64,000 bases of DNA from Candidatus Micrarchaeota archaeon (GCA_038046805.1 JBBSVO010000004.1:1-64000); one strand, 5' to 3'. Positions 39,139 to 49,200 are shown, numbered from the stretch's first letter. Program-made: numbers and translations. Notes: generated from the sequence alone by a model not told the origin.

Positions 39139-39534
39139 TTATTGTTGTGAAATTCCTTCCATATATCGTATAAGTGCCTTGACCGTTACATTCACATAAG
39201 CTATCCCTAAACCCGCTCCCCTGGCATTTCTATTTTCAACAGTCATAACTTTGCCAGTTGCTGGATCACGTACTGGGGTATCACCAAAACAAATATCTAA
39301 GTTATGGCTTGATGCCTTTCCATTCGATCGCAAGTCAAATCCGAACTTCTTTAGCTCGCGTCTCCAGTCGTTGTCGCTTAGTCCGCCTCTAATTCTAAAT
39401 GCACGTAATCTTGTCAATGTTTCAGCAGCTCTTGTTCGGTCTATACCTTCTAATCTTGGTGCTTGACCTGTTCTTGGCGGCGTAGGTAAGGATCTCGATC
39501 CGAATCCAGATACTGGATGTTGCTTATGTGTCAT
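39139..39534 (-). CDS. Hypothetical protein with possible HicA-like domain
   Basis: RELKKFGF...GKASSH pattern after a Pro/Arg-rich N-terminus. Confidence 0.4.
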   Translation of the reverse strand: MTHKQHPVSGFGSRSLPTPPRTGQAPRLEGIDRTRAAETLTRLRAFRIRGGLSDNDWRRELKKFGFDLRSNGKASSHNLDICFGDTPVRDPATGKVMTVENRNARGAGLGIAYVNVTVKALIRYMEGISQQ

Positions 39535-39614
39535 GTATATCTTTCATAACTATTTATTGCAACATTTTAAATATTCGATTTGGTTGAATAAGGCGAAATA
39601 ACAAAAGGTATATA

Positions 39615-39632
39615 AACATATACGTATATGTT
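39615..39632. promoter_or_regulatory. Perfect 18-bp palindrome, putative TA operator
   Basis: AACATATACGTATATGTT abutting the TATA (GTATATAAA) and 6 nt before the antitoxin ATG. Confidence 0.65.
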
Positions 39633-39638
39633 AATAAC

Positions 39639-39884
39639 ATGAGCCACTTGGTAAATATTTCTGACGAAGTCTACGACGAACTAACAATGCTTAAAAAAAT
39701 GAAGAGTGCCAGTTATACAAAAGTAATTGACGACCTGCTTCATCGCCTACGCGAATTAAACAAAACAATTGACTGGGAAACCATGATTTCCAAGGCAAAA
39801 GTCCGTGATGCGAAATTCAAAGGCAAAAAAGAAAAAATCGATTATGATCTTATAGCATACGGTGTTTCTCGTGATCGTTCTTGA
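39639..39884 (+). CDS. VapB-like antitoxin
   Basis: VNISDEVYDEL..LK...SY..VI..L; overlaps the PIN gene. Confidence 0.8.
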   Translation: MSHLVNISDEVYDELTMLKKMKSASYTKVIDDLLHRLRELNKTIDWETMISKAKVRDAKFKGKKEKIDYDLIAYGVSRDRS

Positions 39885-40254
39885 TACCTCGTTTTTGGTT
39901 TCGTTTTATCTTACGCAGGACGAGAATCACGAGAATGCATTAAAACTTGCAGAAGAAAATCGTTCAGAAACAATGCTTCTTTCAGAGGTAATTCTATTTG
40001 AAACACTCGCGGTGCTGAACTACAAGGGCGGATTGCAGCTAGCAAAGGAAGCGTATGACGAATTAATGGCTAACAAGCAAATAAGGTTTTTTCATTTTAC
40101 CGAGTTAGAGAAGGACGAAATTACGGAATCATTTTTCCAGCAAACAACCAAGTTAAGTTTTCAAGATGTTTCAGTAGTTTATTTGGCCAAAAAAAGCAAG
40201 TCAAAGGTTTTGGCATTTGATGATAAAATTTTGAAAGAGATAGGTCACGAATAG
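39871..40254 (+). CDS. vapC: PIN-domain VapC toxin
   Basis: IVLDTSFL, E, LSFQD, LAFD acidic tetrad. Confidence 0.9.
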   Translation: MIVLDTSFLVSFYLTQDENHENALKLAEENRSETMLLSEVILFETLAVLNYKGGLQLAKEAYDELMANKQIRFFHFTELEKDEITESFFQQTTKLSFQDVSVVYLAKKSKSKVLAFDDKILKEIGHE

Positions 40255-40345
40255 TATTAGAAATGATAAAAGAGATTGAGAAATAGCTGGCGAGCGAAAA
40301 CAAAACATTTAAATGTATGTTTTATGTACATACTATGTGGGTGAT

Positions 40346-40657
40346 ATGATGATTTTAAATATGAATCTTGCGGGTCTTCCCGAAGATGTAGTAAACGAAT
40401 TAGTTCATCGGGGTATAGCGAGTAATAAGTCAGAAGCGATTCGACTTATGATATTACACTATAATGAACATTATGGGATAAAACCGATAAACCAACTAAA
40501 AAATGAAGACGATGAAGAAAAAGCATGGCAGATGGTTTCCGAACAATCGTTATCCGAGGCATTGGATAATTCAAAGGATCAGGAAGCGGCGAAGTGGTAC
40601 GAGGAGCAATTTAAGAGAGGTGCGTACGATGAACTCAATAAATCCAAGAAGAAATGA
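40346..40657 (+). CDS. RHH-type antitoxin
   Basis: LVHRGIASNKSEAIR; overlaps the downstream MazF gene. Confidence 0.75.
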   Translation: MMILNMNLAGLPEDVVNELVHRGIASNKSEAIRLMILHYNEHYGIKPINQLKNEDDEEKAWQMVSEQSLSEALDNSKDQEAAKWYEEQFKRGAYDELNKSKKK

Positions 40658-40973
40658 CCTCTACTTTGTCGAGATTCCGTATGTTGATGCGAACAAGTCA
40701 AAGGATAGGCCTGCGATAATACTGTCGAGGAACAATTACAATGAAAAAGAGCCGGATGTAATCGTTTGCGGAATAACAACAAATCTCGGTCATCCATGGC
40801 TTATCTGTATAGAGGATAAAGATTTAGAACAGGGTAAACTATTTGATAAAAGCGGCGTACGGGTTGATACGATAAGCCGCGTTCATAAAAGCGCCTTGAA
40901 ATTTAAGGTCGGTAAAGTTACTGACGAATTTCATAAGAGGTTATTGGATAGGATTAACGAGCTGATAGGATAG
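40629..40973 (+). CDS. mazF: MazF/PemK toxin
   Basis: EIPYVD..KSKDRPAIILS, VCGITTN, KVGKV. Confidence 0.9.
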   Translation: MNSINPRRNDLYFVEIPYVDANKSKDRPAIILSRNNYNEKEPDVIVCGITTNLGHPWLICIEDKDLEQGKLFDKSGVRVDTISRVHKSALKFKVGKVTDEFHKRLLDRINELIG

Positions 40974-41075
40974 TTTGAGAAATGATAGGAGAGATTGAGA
41001 AATCCGCTTTCGAACGCGGGAAGACGGGACGCGAGACGAGAGGATAGAAAGGACTGAGAAGAGACTGGTGGAATA

Positions 41076-41651
41076 ATGAATGTTGAAGATTTAAGATTAT
41101 TTCAAAAAGATTCAGAACAATCTTTTATGCTCAAATTTGAAAATGCAAAAAAAGAAAACGACGAAAAGCATGGAGATTTTTTTATTGAACTACACGGGCG
41201 CGTACTCGGGTTTGAGGTTTATACTCCAGAAGAGAATTTGAGTATCTCCACAAAAAAGTTGAAGGTTGAAACAAAAAATTTTATTAAAGATGTAATTGGA
41301 CGTGTAGTTGGGGAATCATTTGGCGGCGGGCTTTCTCCAAATCGTTTCAGTGAATCTATCGAACGAGCACTTGCAAACAAAGCACATCAGTTTGATAATA
41401 AAACAGACTACCCGAAGATTTTGATAATAAACTGTTATTCTCCAAATTCATTTAATTCGGTTTCGTCTTTTAGTTCCGAGTGGACTACCGAACCAAAGAT
41501 AAACAATTCATACTGTTCTGCAATTTTTGTATCTGGCGGATTTCAAAATCATTATATCCGAAATCCATGCGCACAATTTCCATTAAAAAAAGATGAGCAC
41601 GAATTTGTTTTAGCTCAATTAAATAAACACCCTCTCAGTAAACCCAAATAA
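41076..41651 (+). CDS. Hypothetical protein (possible PD-(D/E)xK-like fold)
   Basis: GDFFIE...GFEV, KAHQF pattern; weak. Confidence 0.5.
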   Translation: MNVEDLRLFQKDSEQSFMLKFENAKKENDEKHGDFFIELHGRVLGFEVYTPEENLSISTKKLKVETKNFIKDVIGRVVGESFGGGLSPNRFSESIERALANKAHQFDNKTDYPKILIINCYSPNSFNSVSSFSSEWTTEPKINNSYCSAIFVSGGFQNHYIRNPCAQFPLKKDEHEFVLAQLNKHPLSKPK

Positions 41652-41847
41652 AATTTACATCATAGTGGTATACTGTAAATACCTCAAAATCCCCAAAATC
41701 CATTCTTTTGCCTAGTTTTATGCCCGTAACCTTGCTTTCACTGTCCGTTTTTGCCAATCAATACTGTTAAGGTAAACCGATATGCAAAAATGGGTTGATT
41801 ACAAGCAGGTTTGGTTTACTGATATGGTTTTGAAAAAGAGAAGTGGT

Positions 41848-42267
41848 TTACTGAGAAGCGGTTTGTTCCTTTAGCCAACTCTCAACGCTTTCGCGAACTA
41901 CTCTTATTGCGATTAGTTCCGGGATTTCTGTGTCAGCAAGTATCTCACCTTTAATAGTTAATACGCCACCATTAAAGGCTGTTGACCTGGAAACAAATTG
42001 AACAATTGTAGTGCGTGCAAGATTCAGACCAGTGATTGGTTTGTCAATTGTAATAACCATCCTTCCTATGGATTTTTCAGGAGCACGAGAGCACGGTATT
42101 TCAATCGTTGCATTAAAAGATTTTCTCAGATGAAACTTTGGTCTGGATTCACCTCGTAAAAACTGGTCTAATAGTACTGGCGGTGAAACAAAATTTCTTG
42201 GTTTGCGTACCTTAGCGAATGGCAGTACATTTGAAGACGGCGGGGCGCGTGTACGTTTTACTGTCAT
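41848..42267 (-). CDS. Hypothetical protein
   Basis: 139-aa ATG ORF preceded by GAGG. Confidence 0.55.
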   Translation of the reverse strand: MTVKRTRAPPSSNVLPFAKVRKPRNFVSPPVLLDQFLRGESRPKFHLRKSFNATIEIPCSRAPEKSIGRMVITIDKPITGLNLARTTIVQFVSRSTAFNGGVLTIKGEILADTEIPELIAIRVVRESVESWLKEQTASQ

Positions 42268-42292
42268 AATTATTTCCTCATATCATGCGATA

Positions 42293-43039
42293 TTATTCCA
42301 TACCTGTCGGGATATATCCAATATCTCTTAATGTCTCTCTAAAACCAGCTGGAAATGGTCTTTTAGATGGGCAGTTCATTGAGCTATGTGTAAAGGAACA
42401 AGCGATTAGTTCATCAACTAATCTTAATCTGCTTCTTGGTGTAAGGCCATCCCAGGTGTAATCGTCATAACTAGTCTCGAGATTGAGTGTGAATGGGATT
42501 GATCCTTCCATATCAAAAACACTAGCATACGATCTTCTAGCGGATTCTATAATCGCTTCTCTTTGTTCTGGAGTCAAATGATTGAAAATTACATGTAATG
42601 ATTCATGCACATATGTCCAATATCTAATTCTGCCTAAAGGAAGCAATATTGCTTCTGAAACATCCAAGTCACACTGTTCTTTTAGAGTGCGTAGTACTTC
42701 TGTAGCGTCTCTTCTAGGCATCCATATATGATCCTGGCAAATATACAAACCCTGACAACCAGCTAGGAAGCCAAGTGGGTTATCAGTTACTTCTGCATAA
42801 AAACCAGCTAAATAGTGTACTAATACAATATCTAAATTGGTTGGGATAACTGCTCTGAGGTTTGCATTAGCATATCGTGAGAGTAGGTGCTCAGTCAATT
42901 TGATACGGTCTGGTACGACTAATGCTTTTACTAAATCTTCTGGTAGTCCCCGGTCTCCAAATCTTAACAATTTGCATGGTCTTGGAGATATATCCTGGGC
43001 AGATTTAACGCAGGCTCTAGACATATATCTCTCTCTCAT
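42293..43039 (-). CDS. Hypothetical protein with HExxH motif
   Basis: YVHESLH and downstream DELIA; start may be 43024. Confidence 0.55.
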   Translation of the reverse strand: MRERYMSRACVKSAQDISPRPCKLLRFGDRGLPEDLVKALVVPDRIKLTEHLLSRYANANLRAVIPTNLDIVLVHYLAGFYAEVTDNPLGFLAGCQGLYICQDHIWMPRRDATEVLRTLKEQCDLDVSEAILLPLGRIRYWTYVHESLHVIFNHLTPEQREAIIESARRSYASVFDMEGSIPFTLNLETSYDDYTWDGLTPRSRLRLVDELIACSFTHSSMNCPSKRPFPAGFRETLRDIGYIPTGME

Positions 43040-43083
43040 TTGGCCTATTTAAACCTTCGTTTCCTCCCACTTATAACAACGGA

Positions 43084-43629
43084 TTAGTCGAATATTTGGT
43101 TAACAACAATGCCTGGGCGGGTTCTAATAAATCCATCTGGGTCAGCTAAGAATTGTCTTAGCAAAGATTGTAGATCCGGGTTATTTTCTGGCGGGCAAGT
43201 TACAACAGCTACAGCTCCCTCGCGGGCTAATAGATTGAGATAATATGACATTGACCTAGCTTTTGTTTCATCAAAAACAGCATTTGGATTTATTTCAAGA
43301 ACCTTATAATTTATTGGTTCCCATTCTGCAGTCTCATTTGTAGTTTTGCCCATCGTTACCGCAAACGCTACATACGTTCCATCTTTTAACCGAGTCAAAC
43401 ATTCTTTATAATAATCCCCATCGCGCATTCCTAGTTCTTGAAATTCTGGTGCCCAAGGTTTTCTGGGTGTGGGTTCAGGAGGTTTTTGTTCGTTTTGAAC
43501 CGAACGTTCTACTCGCAGTATTTGTTCCGGGTCTGGTTTATATTGCGAAATCTTCGGAGCGCAATTCATAACACTGAGAGAAGCTAGAATCAGAGAGGTT
43601 GTTCCCAGCATCCGGTTTAAATGTTTCAT
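43084..43629 (-). CDS. Hypothetical lipoprotein-like protein
   Basis: Signal-like N-terminus ending VMNC. Confidence 0.55.
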   Translation of the reverse strand: MKHLNRMLGTTSLILASLSVMNCAPKISQYKPDPEQILRVERSVQNEQKPPEPTPRKPWAPEFQELGMRDGDYYKECLTRLKDGTYVAFAVTMGKTTNETAEWEPINYKVLEINPNAVFDETKARSMSYYLNLLAREGAVAVVTCPPENNPDLQSLLRQFLADPDGFIRTRPGIVVNQIFD

Positions 43630-43764
43630 ATTTTAATTTCTCATCGCATCTATTTAAACTCTTCTCTTTTTACAATTTATAACAACAAACTAGAAAAAGT
43701 TACTGGGATGCAGTTATTCTGATTTTTGTAACCAAACAAAAAAGAAAAACAAAATTAAATCTTT

Positions 43765-44097
43765 TTACTGGTTGCTTAGATGGGCCTCAATTTTTGCATT
43801 TACTACCTTTCTGAATGTTCGTTTAGTTTTATCATTCATGAATGCATCTGCTGCTTGCTCAGCAATATCTGTTTTTACCCTAGGACTTAATTCTGAACAA
43901 CGAGGATCTCCACGTATTTGTATTTTGGCATGCAATGCTAAATTAGCATAAGCTGACCCTGCTGCACTTTCACGTCCAGGCGCAATATCTCTTCCAAATG
44001 CGCGTATTGCACTTGGTTTTAACAAAGATGCGTAAACTCCTTTGGCTAAGACTCTCAATTGCAAAATATCACCAAGTTTATCTATATGATAATCCAT
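43765..44097 (-). CDS. Hypothetical protein
   Basis: 110-aa ATG ORF. Confidence 0.45.
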   Translation of the reverse strand: MDYHIDKLGDILQLRVLAKGVYASLLKPSAIRAFGRDIAPGRESAAGSAYANLALHAKIQIRGDPRCSELSPRVKTDIAEQAADAFMNDKTKRTFRKVVNAKIEAHLSNQ

Positions 44098-44186
44098 TTA
44101 AACCCTTCTATTTCTCCCGTTTTCCCCCACAGTAATTAGTATGATAGGAAGAATATCCTAGAAATTCTAAGATTCTTTTGTATTCC

Positions 44187-44900
44187 TTATTCTTCAACAA
44201 TTTTTATTTCCTTAATATCCGTCATATACTGGTATTCTCCCTCGTAACCTTGCGAAACCTCTCCGGTTTTATTATCAATTCCACCTGAACCAGCTCCTGT
44301 TTTAAGATATCCGGTAACTTCTACATATTTTCCAGCATATTTGGAAGAATTATCTAATTTAACAAGAACCCCATCAACATAAATTCCTTCCTTTGTTTCC
44401 TCTGCCATTCCTTTGATTGTTGTAAGTTTTCCTTCTGTTTCATTCCATATATTTGGTTTGTTTATTTCGCTTGCAAGTACCCCTTCAGGTGCAGCATAAG
44501 GTTTCTTGTTATCTAAACACCCAAGCACAACATAATTCGGAGAGCTGCCAGGCATATTGCTTTTTGATGGTAAATCTGTAATTTCTTTTACGATTATTTG
44601 ACCACTAGCTGCAGGAATTGACTCACCTTTTTCAACGCGATGATTCTTTGAAGTACTAAAAACAAAAAGCGTTACGCGTAAAACTCCATCAGTATCTTTG
44701 AATATATTCCCTACGCCAACTCGATCGCCGCAAATCTCGCCGACTGTGGTTTCCTGGATTTTTATCCCGTCTAATTCGCCTATGTTTAATGATTTATTTG
44801 TTCCGCTTTGATTCTTCACAAGATCACCATTTTCAGTATTAATATTCTGCACGTAACCGAATGCGAGTAAGAGTATTCCAAGAATAATCCAGGTTTTCAT
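44187..44900 (-). CDS. Hypothetical secreted protein
   Basis: MKTWIILGILLLAFG signal. Confidence 0.65.
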   Translation of the reverse strand: MKTWIILGILLLAFGYVQNINTENGDLVKNQSGTNKSLNIGELDGIKIQETTVGEICGDRVGVGNIFKDTDGVLRVTLFVFSTSKNHRVEKGESIPAASGQIIVKEITDLPSKSNMPGSSPNYVVLGCLDNKKPYAAPEGVLASEINKPNIWNETEGKLTTIKGMAEETKEGIYVDGVLVKLDNSSKYAGKYVEVTGYLKTGAGSGGIDNKTGEVSQGYEGEYQYMTDIKEIKIVEE

Positions 44901-44951
44901 AGCATACCTTCAGACTAAACATTATTAATTCTTTTCAGCCTCTTTAATCTC

Positions 44952-45422
44952 ATGGAAAAGTCCTATCGTCTTCTTTATCCAATGAGAATTATTCTCGTCA
45001 GTGCAAGTCATGAAGGAAAGAATAATTTCATGCCCGCAGCTTGGTGTTTTCCATTATCCTTTGAGCCGCAGATTTTCGGGGTTGCAATTGCGAAAAAGCG
45101 GTTCACCTATAGTCTAATTCACGAGAGTAAAGAGTTTGTGATAAATATTCCGGGCGCGGATTTAATTGAGAAAATGAACGCGCTGGGAAGGATAAGCGGT
45201 CGGGATTGCGATAAATTTCGGGAATGGGACTTAACTCCGGATAAATCAAAAAAGATCGGAGCGTACGGAATTGCCGAATGTTTAGTAAGCATTGAATGCA
45301 AGGTAGTTAAGGAAACAGAAATAGGCGATCACGTTCTGTTTTGTGGCGAAGCCATTCACATAAATAAAAGACGCGAAGGTAAGGGGATTTACCAAAAAGA
45401 AGAGGAACTAATAGAATTTTAA
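44952..45422 (+). CDS. Flavin reductase-like protein
   Basis: NFMPAAW, EFVINIP, SGRDCDKF, GDHVLFCGE. Confidence 0.9.
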   Translation: MEKSYRLLYPMRIILVSASHEGKNNFMPAAWCFPLSFEPQIFGVAIAKKRFTYSLIHESKEFVINIPGADLIEKMNALGRISGRDCDKFREWDLTPDKSKKIGAYGIAECLVSIECKVVKETEIGDHVLFCGEAIHINKRREGKGIYQKEEELIEF

Positions 45423-45446
45423 TTATAACCTTACATATTTTACTAC

Positions 45447-46022
45447 ATGCTTCTCAAACAACCTCCGCGCAATAGGATAGGCCAAATAATTGTTGCTTCT
45501 ATGCTGGTGGCTTTGCCGCTTATTGAATACATATCGCCGATCAATGCATTTGCAAAAGGAAAACCGGAAACGCCGAACACAAAACCAAGCATAACGGCTG
45601 TTCATGGTAATTTCAGATGTAGGCTAACCCCACCAAAGGGAGCGATTTCTTTTGATAGTAAGGATGGTGCCTCGCATTTGCGTGTGAGGCTTGATATTCC
45701 AAAGGGCGTTGATTTGTCCGATCCAATTCTTTTCTTTTGCAGCGAAAGAATAACTGTTATAGCAACTCCGAGGTATCTGGTGCGTGGCATAGGCTATGAA
45801 GATGCGGTGTTAGGAAAACTAATGATTGGTACGCTTGGAGGCGTAGATTATCCACAGAATGTGATTGTGTGGGATATGAAACCCCTGGGAATAATAAAAA
45901 GAGCGGATCTTTTAGAGAGGGTAACCACGATTCATGGCGACGAAGTAGCTGTTGAGAATGTACGTGGTAAATTCTATAGAATAGATTTAGACAATCCGAC
46001 GAGCCCAGTAGAAGAACTGTAA
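45447..46022 (+). CDS. Hypothetical exported protein
   Basis: Signal-like N-terminus ending AFA. Confidence 0.55.
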   Translation: MLLKQPPRNRIGQIIVASMLVALPLIEYISPINAFAKGKPETPNTKPSITAVHGNFRCRLTPPKGAISFDSKDGASHLRVRLDIPKGVDLSDPILFFCSERITVIATPRYLVRGIGYEDAVLGKLMIGTLGGVDYPQNVIVWDMKPLGIIKRADLLERVTTIHGDEVAVENVRGKFYRIDLDNPTSPVEEL

Positions 46023-46023
46023 A

Positions 46024-46740
46024 TTAAGCCTTATAAAACGAGAGATATTCCTCTTCAACCGGATGTAATTTTGCCGGAACAATCGCAATGAACGGAGGCT
46101 TGCCGGTGACTTTAGACATGAGATTCTTTGAGTCACCCACTAATATCTTTTCGTCTTCTTCTCCAATTCGCGAGAGCAAGATAACTGTTTTAAACTCTTT
46201 TAGGAATTCCAATGCAGTCTCTGCTGACATAGGTTCTGGTTCAGTATCAAGGAATACTAATGTATGGAGGTTTCGCACCAGATTTTCCCGGATTATATCT
46301 AATGAAGATGTTGGTTTGTAGTTTTCTCTTGGATTAACGAGACTCGCACTTTTCCCGAATCGGTATGCCTGCAATCCGGATTTTCCTATTGCTGCAGTGT
46401 AGATTGATGAATTATGAAAGATTTTTGTCTTGATATTCCGCTTTTTTGCTTCAATTACGAGTGAGATGTGGGTAGTTGCAATAAGCGGATCACCCGAACA
46501 TAAAAGAGCGATATTACTGTTCGCGTTTTCCGCCTTTTTGATTAAAAAATCACTTTCCACTTCGTTTCGTCCGATTAAATTTATTTTTTTTCCGCACGAT
46601 TTTTCGAGTGCAGCGATATTCTTGTCAGAAATTGGATTTGTGTATCTTTCAATGTAAATTTCACCACATTCCTTTAGTTCTTCGATTGCACTAAGCGTAA
46701 GGTCGAATGCAATACCTGTTCCTACGAAAATTAACGTCAT
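46024..46740 (-). CDS. dph5: Diphthine synthase
   Basis: LIFVGTG, GDPLIATTH, SGLQAYRFGKS, LHTLVFLD, LHPVEEEYL. Confidence 0.95.
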   Translation of the reverse strand: MTLIFVGTGIAFDLTLSAIEELKECGEIYIERYTNPISDKNIAALEKSCGKKINLIGRNEVESDFLIKKAENANSNIALLCSGDPLIATTHISLVIEAKKRNIKTKIFHNSSIYTAAIGKSGLQAYRFGKSASLVNPRENYKPTSSLDIIRENLVRNLHTLVFLDTEPEPMSAETALEFLKEFKTVILLSRIGEEDEKILVGDSKNLMSKVTGKPPFIAIVPAKLHPVEEEYLSFYKA

Positions 46741-46926
46741 AATCATACCATTAATAGAAAGCTTTTAACACCTTTTCGTTTATACTATTCAATGCCTTTT
46801 AGGCGAGGTATTTTATGGGATGTCGCGAATGCATTGCATTCACGAGCATGCTCGAGAACGAATCGTCGTTCGCGACATGGAGGAAATGGTATTTCCGACA
46901 GAATAAAAATTTAAGGTGAAATTTTT

Positions 46927-47187
46927 ATGGGAAGGGCATTAGGTCAGCTTACGAGAAGTGGAAGAAGCGGAGAACCCAGACGAGATGAGGGAGTTCGTGT
47001 TTTGCATGTCGCTGATGGAAAGACAGTTCAATTTGGTAGTCAAATCCCCACAGAACTCTTTTCTAAGAGATTAACCGGGCTGCTTGAATCATTAAGAGAT
47101 GAACACGGAAGAATACCAGACAATAGAGCTGATTTTATGGCGGCAACTCTTGCTTTTACTTTGCAAGTACAACAATCAAAACAATAA
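46927..47187 (+). CDS. Small hypothetical protein
   Basis: 86 aa, AAGGTGA SD. Confidence 0.55.
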   Translation: MGRALGQLTRSGRSGEPRRDEGVRVLHVADGKTVQFGSQIPTELFSKRLTGLLESLRDEHGRIPDNRADFMAATLAFTLQVQQSKQ

Positions 47188-47235
47188 TTTTTCCTCTTTT
47201 GATTTTTAAGAATTAGATTTTATTATTTTCGTTTT

Positions 47236-47511
47236 GAGGATGTTTTAGGGCCCAGGTGACTCGCTTTTACGCGCAAAGCGTCCAATCAAGTATCCCTCAC
47301 GGTTAACTTGTTCCAAACGCCAAGTGCATATAGCCTAGTAAGCAGTCCACGGCATGCAACTAATTAAGCTTTGCAGATCGTTACAAACCCCTTTTACCAA
47401 TCCACAAAACCCTGGAACAATTGCAGAGGCCTAGACATTAGCCAAATGGCTCTTAGGTTACTAAGATTTTTATCAAACCACTTGACCCGCCTGGTATACC
47501 CAAACATCCTC
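47236..47511 (-). ncRNA. Unassigned structured RNA (~276 nt)
   Basis: Terminal stem GAGGATGTTT/AAACATCCTC plus nested stems; no ORF of 60 aa or more; G-U pairs mostly favour the minus strand. Confidence 0.55.
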
Positions 47512-47602
47512 CACGAACCCGCGAAGGGAAATAGTATATTTCAATAAGAATTAAAAGGGTATATTTTCACGACGGAAGAAAAAGAACGCAAAAGACTAGG
47601 AA

Positions 47603-48094
47603 CTACGATTTATTCAGATTTACCGCACGCGAAATATCGACGTAATCTAAGATTCTGAACCCTTTCATTTTGCTTAAATTCGCGTTTACCTCGAGAACAT
47701 ATCTGGATTTGGATTTTGGAGTGTAAATCCTGCAAGGATCTGCTTTGCAAGGCTCCATTTCAATAATATCCACGATAGTCCCGTTTGCCGCGATATAAAT
47801 TGTCTCAAGCGGAATTTTTGTATTCTTCATCCAGAAAGGGTGAAAATCGTCGCGGTTCAATAAAAAAAGCATCCCGTGATCGGGTGCGAGCAGCTCACGG
47901 AACATGAGACCTTTAGATATTTCGTCTGGCTCGTCTGCTATTTCAACGAATATTGTTGTGATTGTCGAATTTGTTCCGCTCGCGTTGATTATTTCAATGT
48001 AATTTTTTCCGTTTTCTGTTTCTGAGCCTAAGCAACCAAAAAAGAGAAAAAGAAATGCAAAAACAGCGAAAAGAACAATGTGGTGGTTGCTCAT
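47603..48094 (-). CDS. DUF192 family protein
   Basis: VEIAD...GLMFR...GMLF...FWMKNT..PL, YVLEV. Confidence 0.92.
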   Translation of the reverse strand: MSNHHIVLFAVFAFLFLFFGCLGSETENGKNYIEIINASGTNSTITTIFVEIADEPDEISKGLMFRELLAPDHGMLFLLNRDDFHPFWMKNTKIPLETIYIAANGTIVDIIEMEPCKADPCRIYTPKSKSRYVLEVNANLSKMKGFRILDYVDISRAVNLNKS

Positions 48095-49200
48095 ATCTTC
48101 TCGAATCTCGCCTTTAGTTTATCCAAAACCTTTGGAAGAGTCGTATATTCCATATCCTCTGCAGGAAGTCTGTGTGGTTCAAAAGGTCCGTGCCTACGCA
48201 TATAATCTGCGATTTTGAGTGCCTTTGCCCTGGTGTGGTCATATGCCTTGTCTTTGAACAGATCTACTGGTCCAACCAGCTTTCCATTCGCTACCTGGAA
48301 TCCCAAAGCAACGACGCGAGGAGGACCATCAAATCGGGTTGGTGTCGCATCTTCCATTGCAACGGGCATCATCGGACCAACGTGCGAACCTCTCATCCAT
48401 CCAGAGACTAGATGTGGAAATGCAAATGGCTCCAAAACCTCACCCAAAGCCGGAAGTCCTGACTGCGCACGAACTATCGCTACCGGATCATCCTTTCCGA
48501 CATATTCCCCAGCTATAAGCGAGAGTTTATCCGTACTTACGCAGGCAACTGCCTCATTTTCTGGGATTTTTCCGCCCTTTTTAGGATAAATACGTTTGAT
48601 AATATATTTACTTTTATTCCCAATTATCGCGAGAAGGTCGTACAATTCTTCTGGGGCGGATAATCTCACTTTCTTGTTTTCATACACGTCGTAAATTTCA
48701 AATACAAATCCGCTGTGCATTGAAGGGTCAATAACAAGTCCCGCGGTGCTAAAAGGATCTGCAAACATCTTGTAGATCGGAAGATTGAATGCGCCCGGAT
48801 CTGTCTTATCCATCAAGAAACATACAATGGGTTCACTTTTGCGCTCTTCAAATTCAAGTTCCGCAACCCCGGGCCCCATTCCTTTTATGTTACCAGAAAA
48901 TGCGTCTGAAAGAAGATCCTGCCCAGCTCCATAAAGCTTCAATTTCTTTGCGATTTCTGTGCATTCCTTGAAAGTATCCCAGGCCAATGTGTGAACCTCT
49001 TTGTTATCAACACCGTGAGTATGAGTCATTATAAGTTCGAGGTCATCCCCGCATGTAGCCACGTAAAAATCAGTGATTATATTCTCTTTTTTTGCCTTTG
49101 AAAGAAGTTCGTTTGCCTTTGCCTTCAAGTCTGGATGCACCGTAGAATGCCCTGGAAATCCACCAACATCTGCTTTAATTATGCTAACCGTTGTTTTCAT
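48091..49200 (-). CDS. fbp: Fructose-1,6-bisphosphate aldolase/phosphatase (class V)
   Basis: IKADVGG, LYGAGQDLL, YVGKDDPV, GWMRGSH, RFDGPPR, RRHGPFEP. Confidence 0.97.
   Translation of the reverse strand: MKTTVSIIKADVGGFPGHSTVHPDLKAKANELLSKAKKENIITDFYVATCGDDLELIMTHTHGVDNKEVHTLAWDTFKECTEIAKKLKLYGAGQDLLSDAFSGNIKGMGPGVAELEFEERKSEPIVCFLMDKTDPGAFNLPIYKMFADPFSTAGLVIDPSMHSGFVFEIYDVYENKKVRLSAPEELYDLLAIIGNKSKYIIKRIYPKKGGKIPENEAVACVSTDKLSLIAGEYVGKDDPVAIVRAQSGLPALGEVLEPFAFPHLVSGWMRGSHVGPMMPVAMEDATPTRFDGPPRVVALGFQVANGKLVGPVDLFKDKAYDHTRAKALKIADYMRRHGPFEPHRLPAEDMEYTTLPKVLDKLKARFEKI

Noticed and set aside
39139..44900. Provirus or integrative element
   Set aside because: No integrase, transposase, capsid, packaging ATPase or flanking tRNA att site; treated only as a variable region.
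46815..46919. Short ORF MGCRECIAF... with GAGGT upstream
   Set aside because: It coincides with a nearly fully paired palindromic element and has no recognisable protein features.
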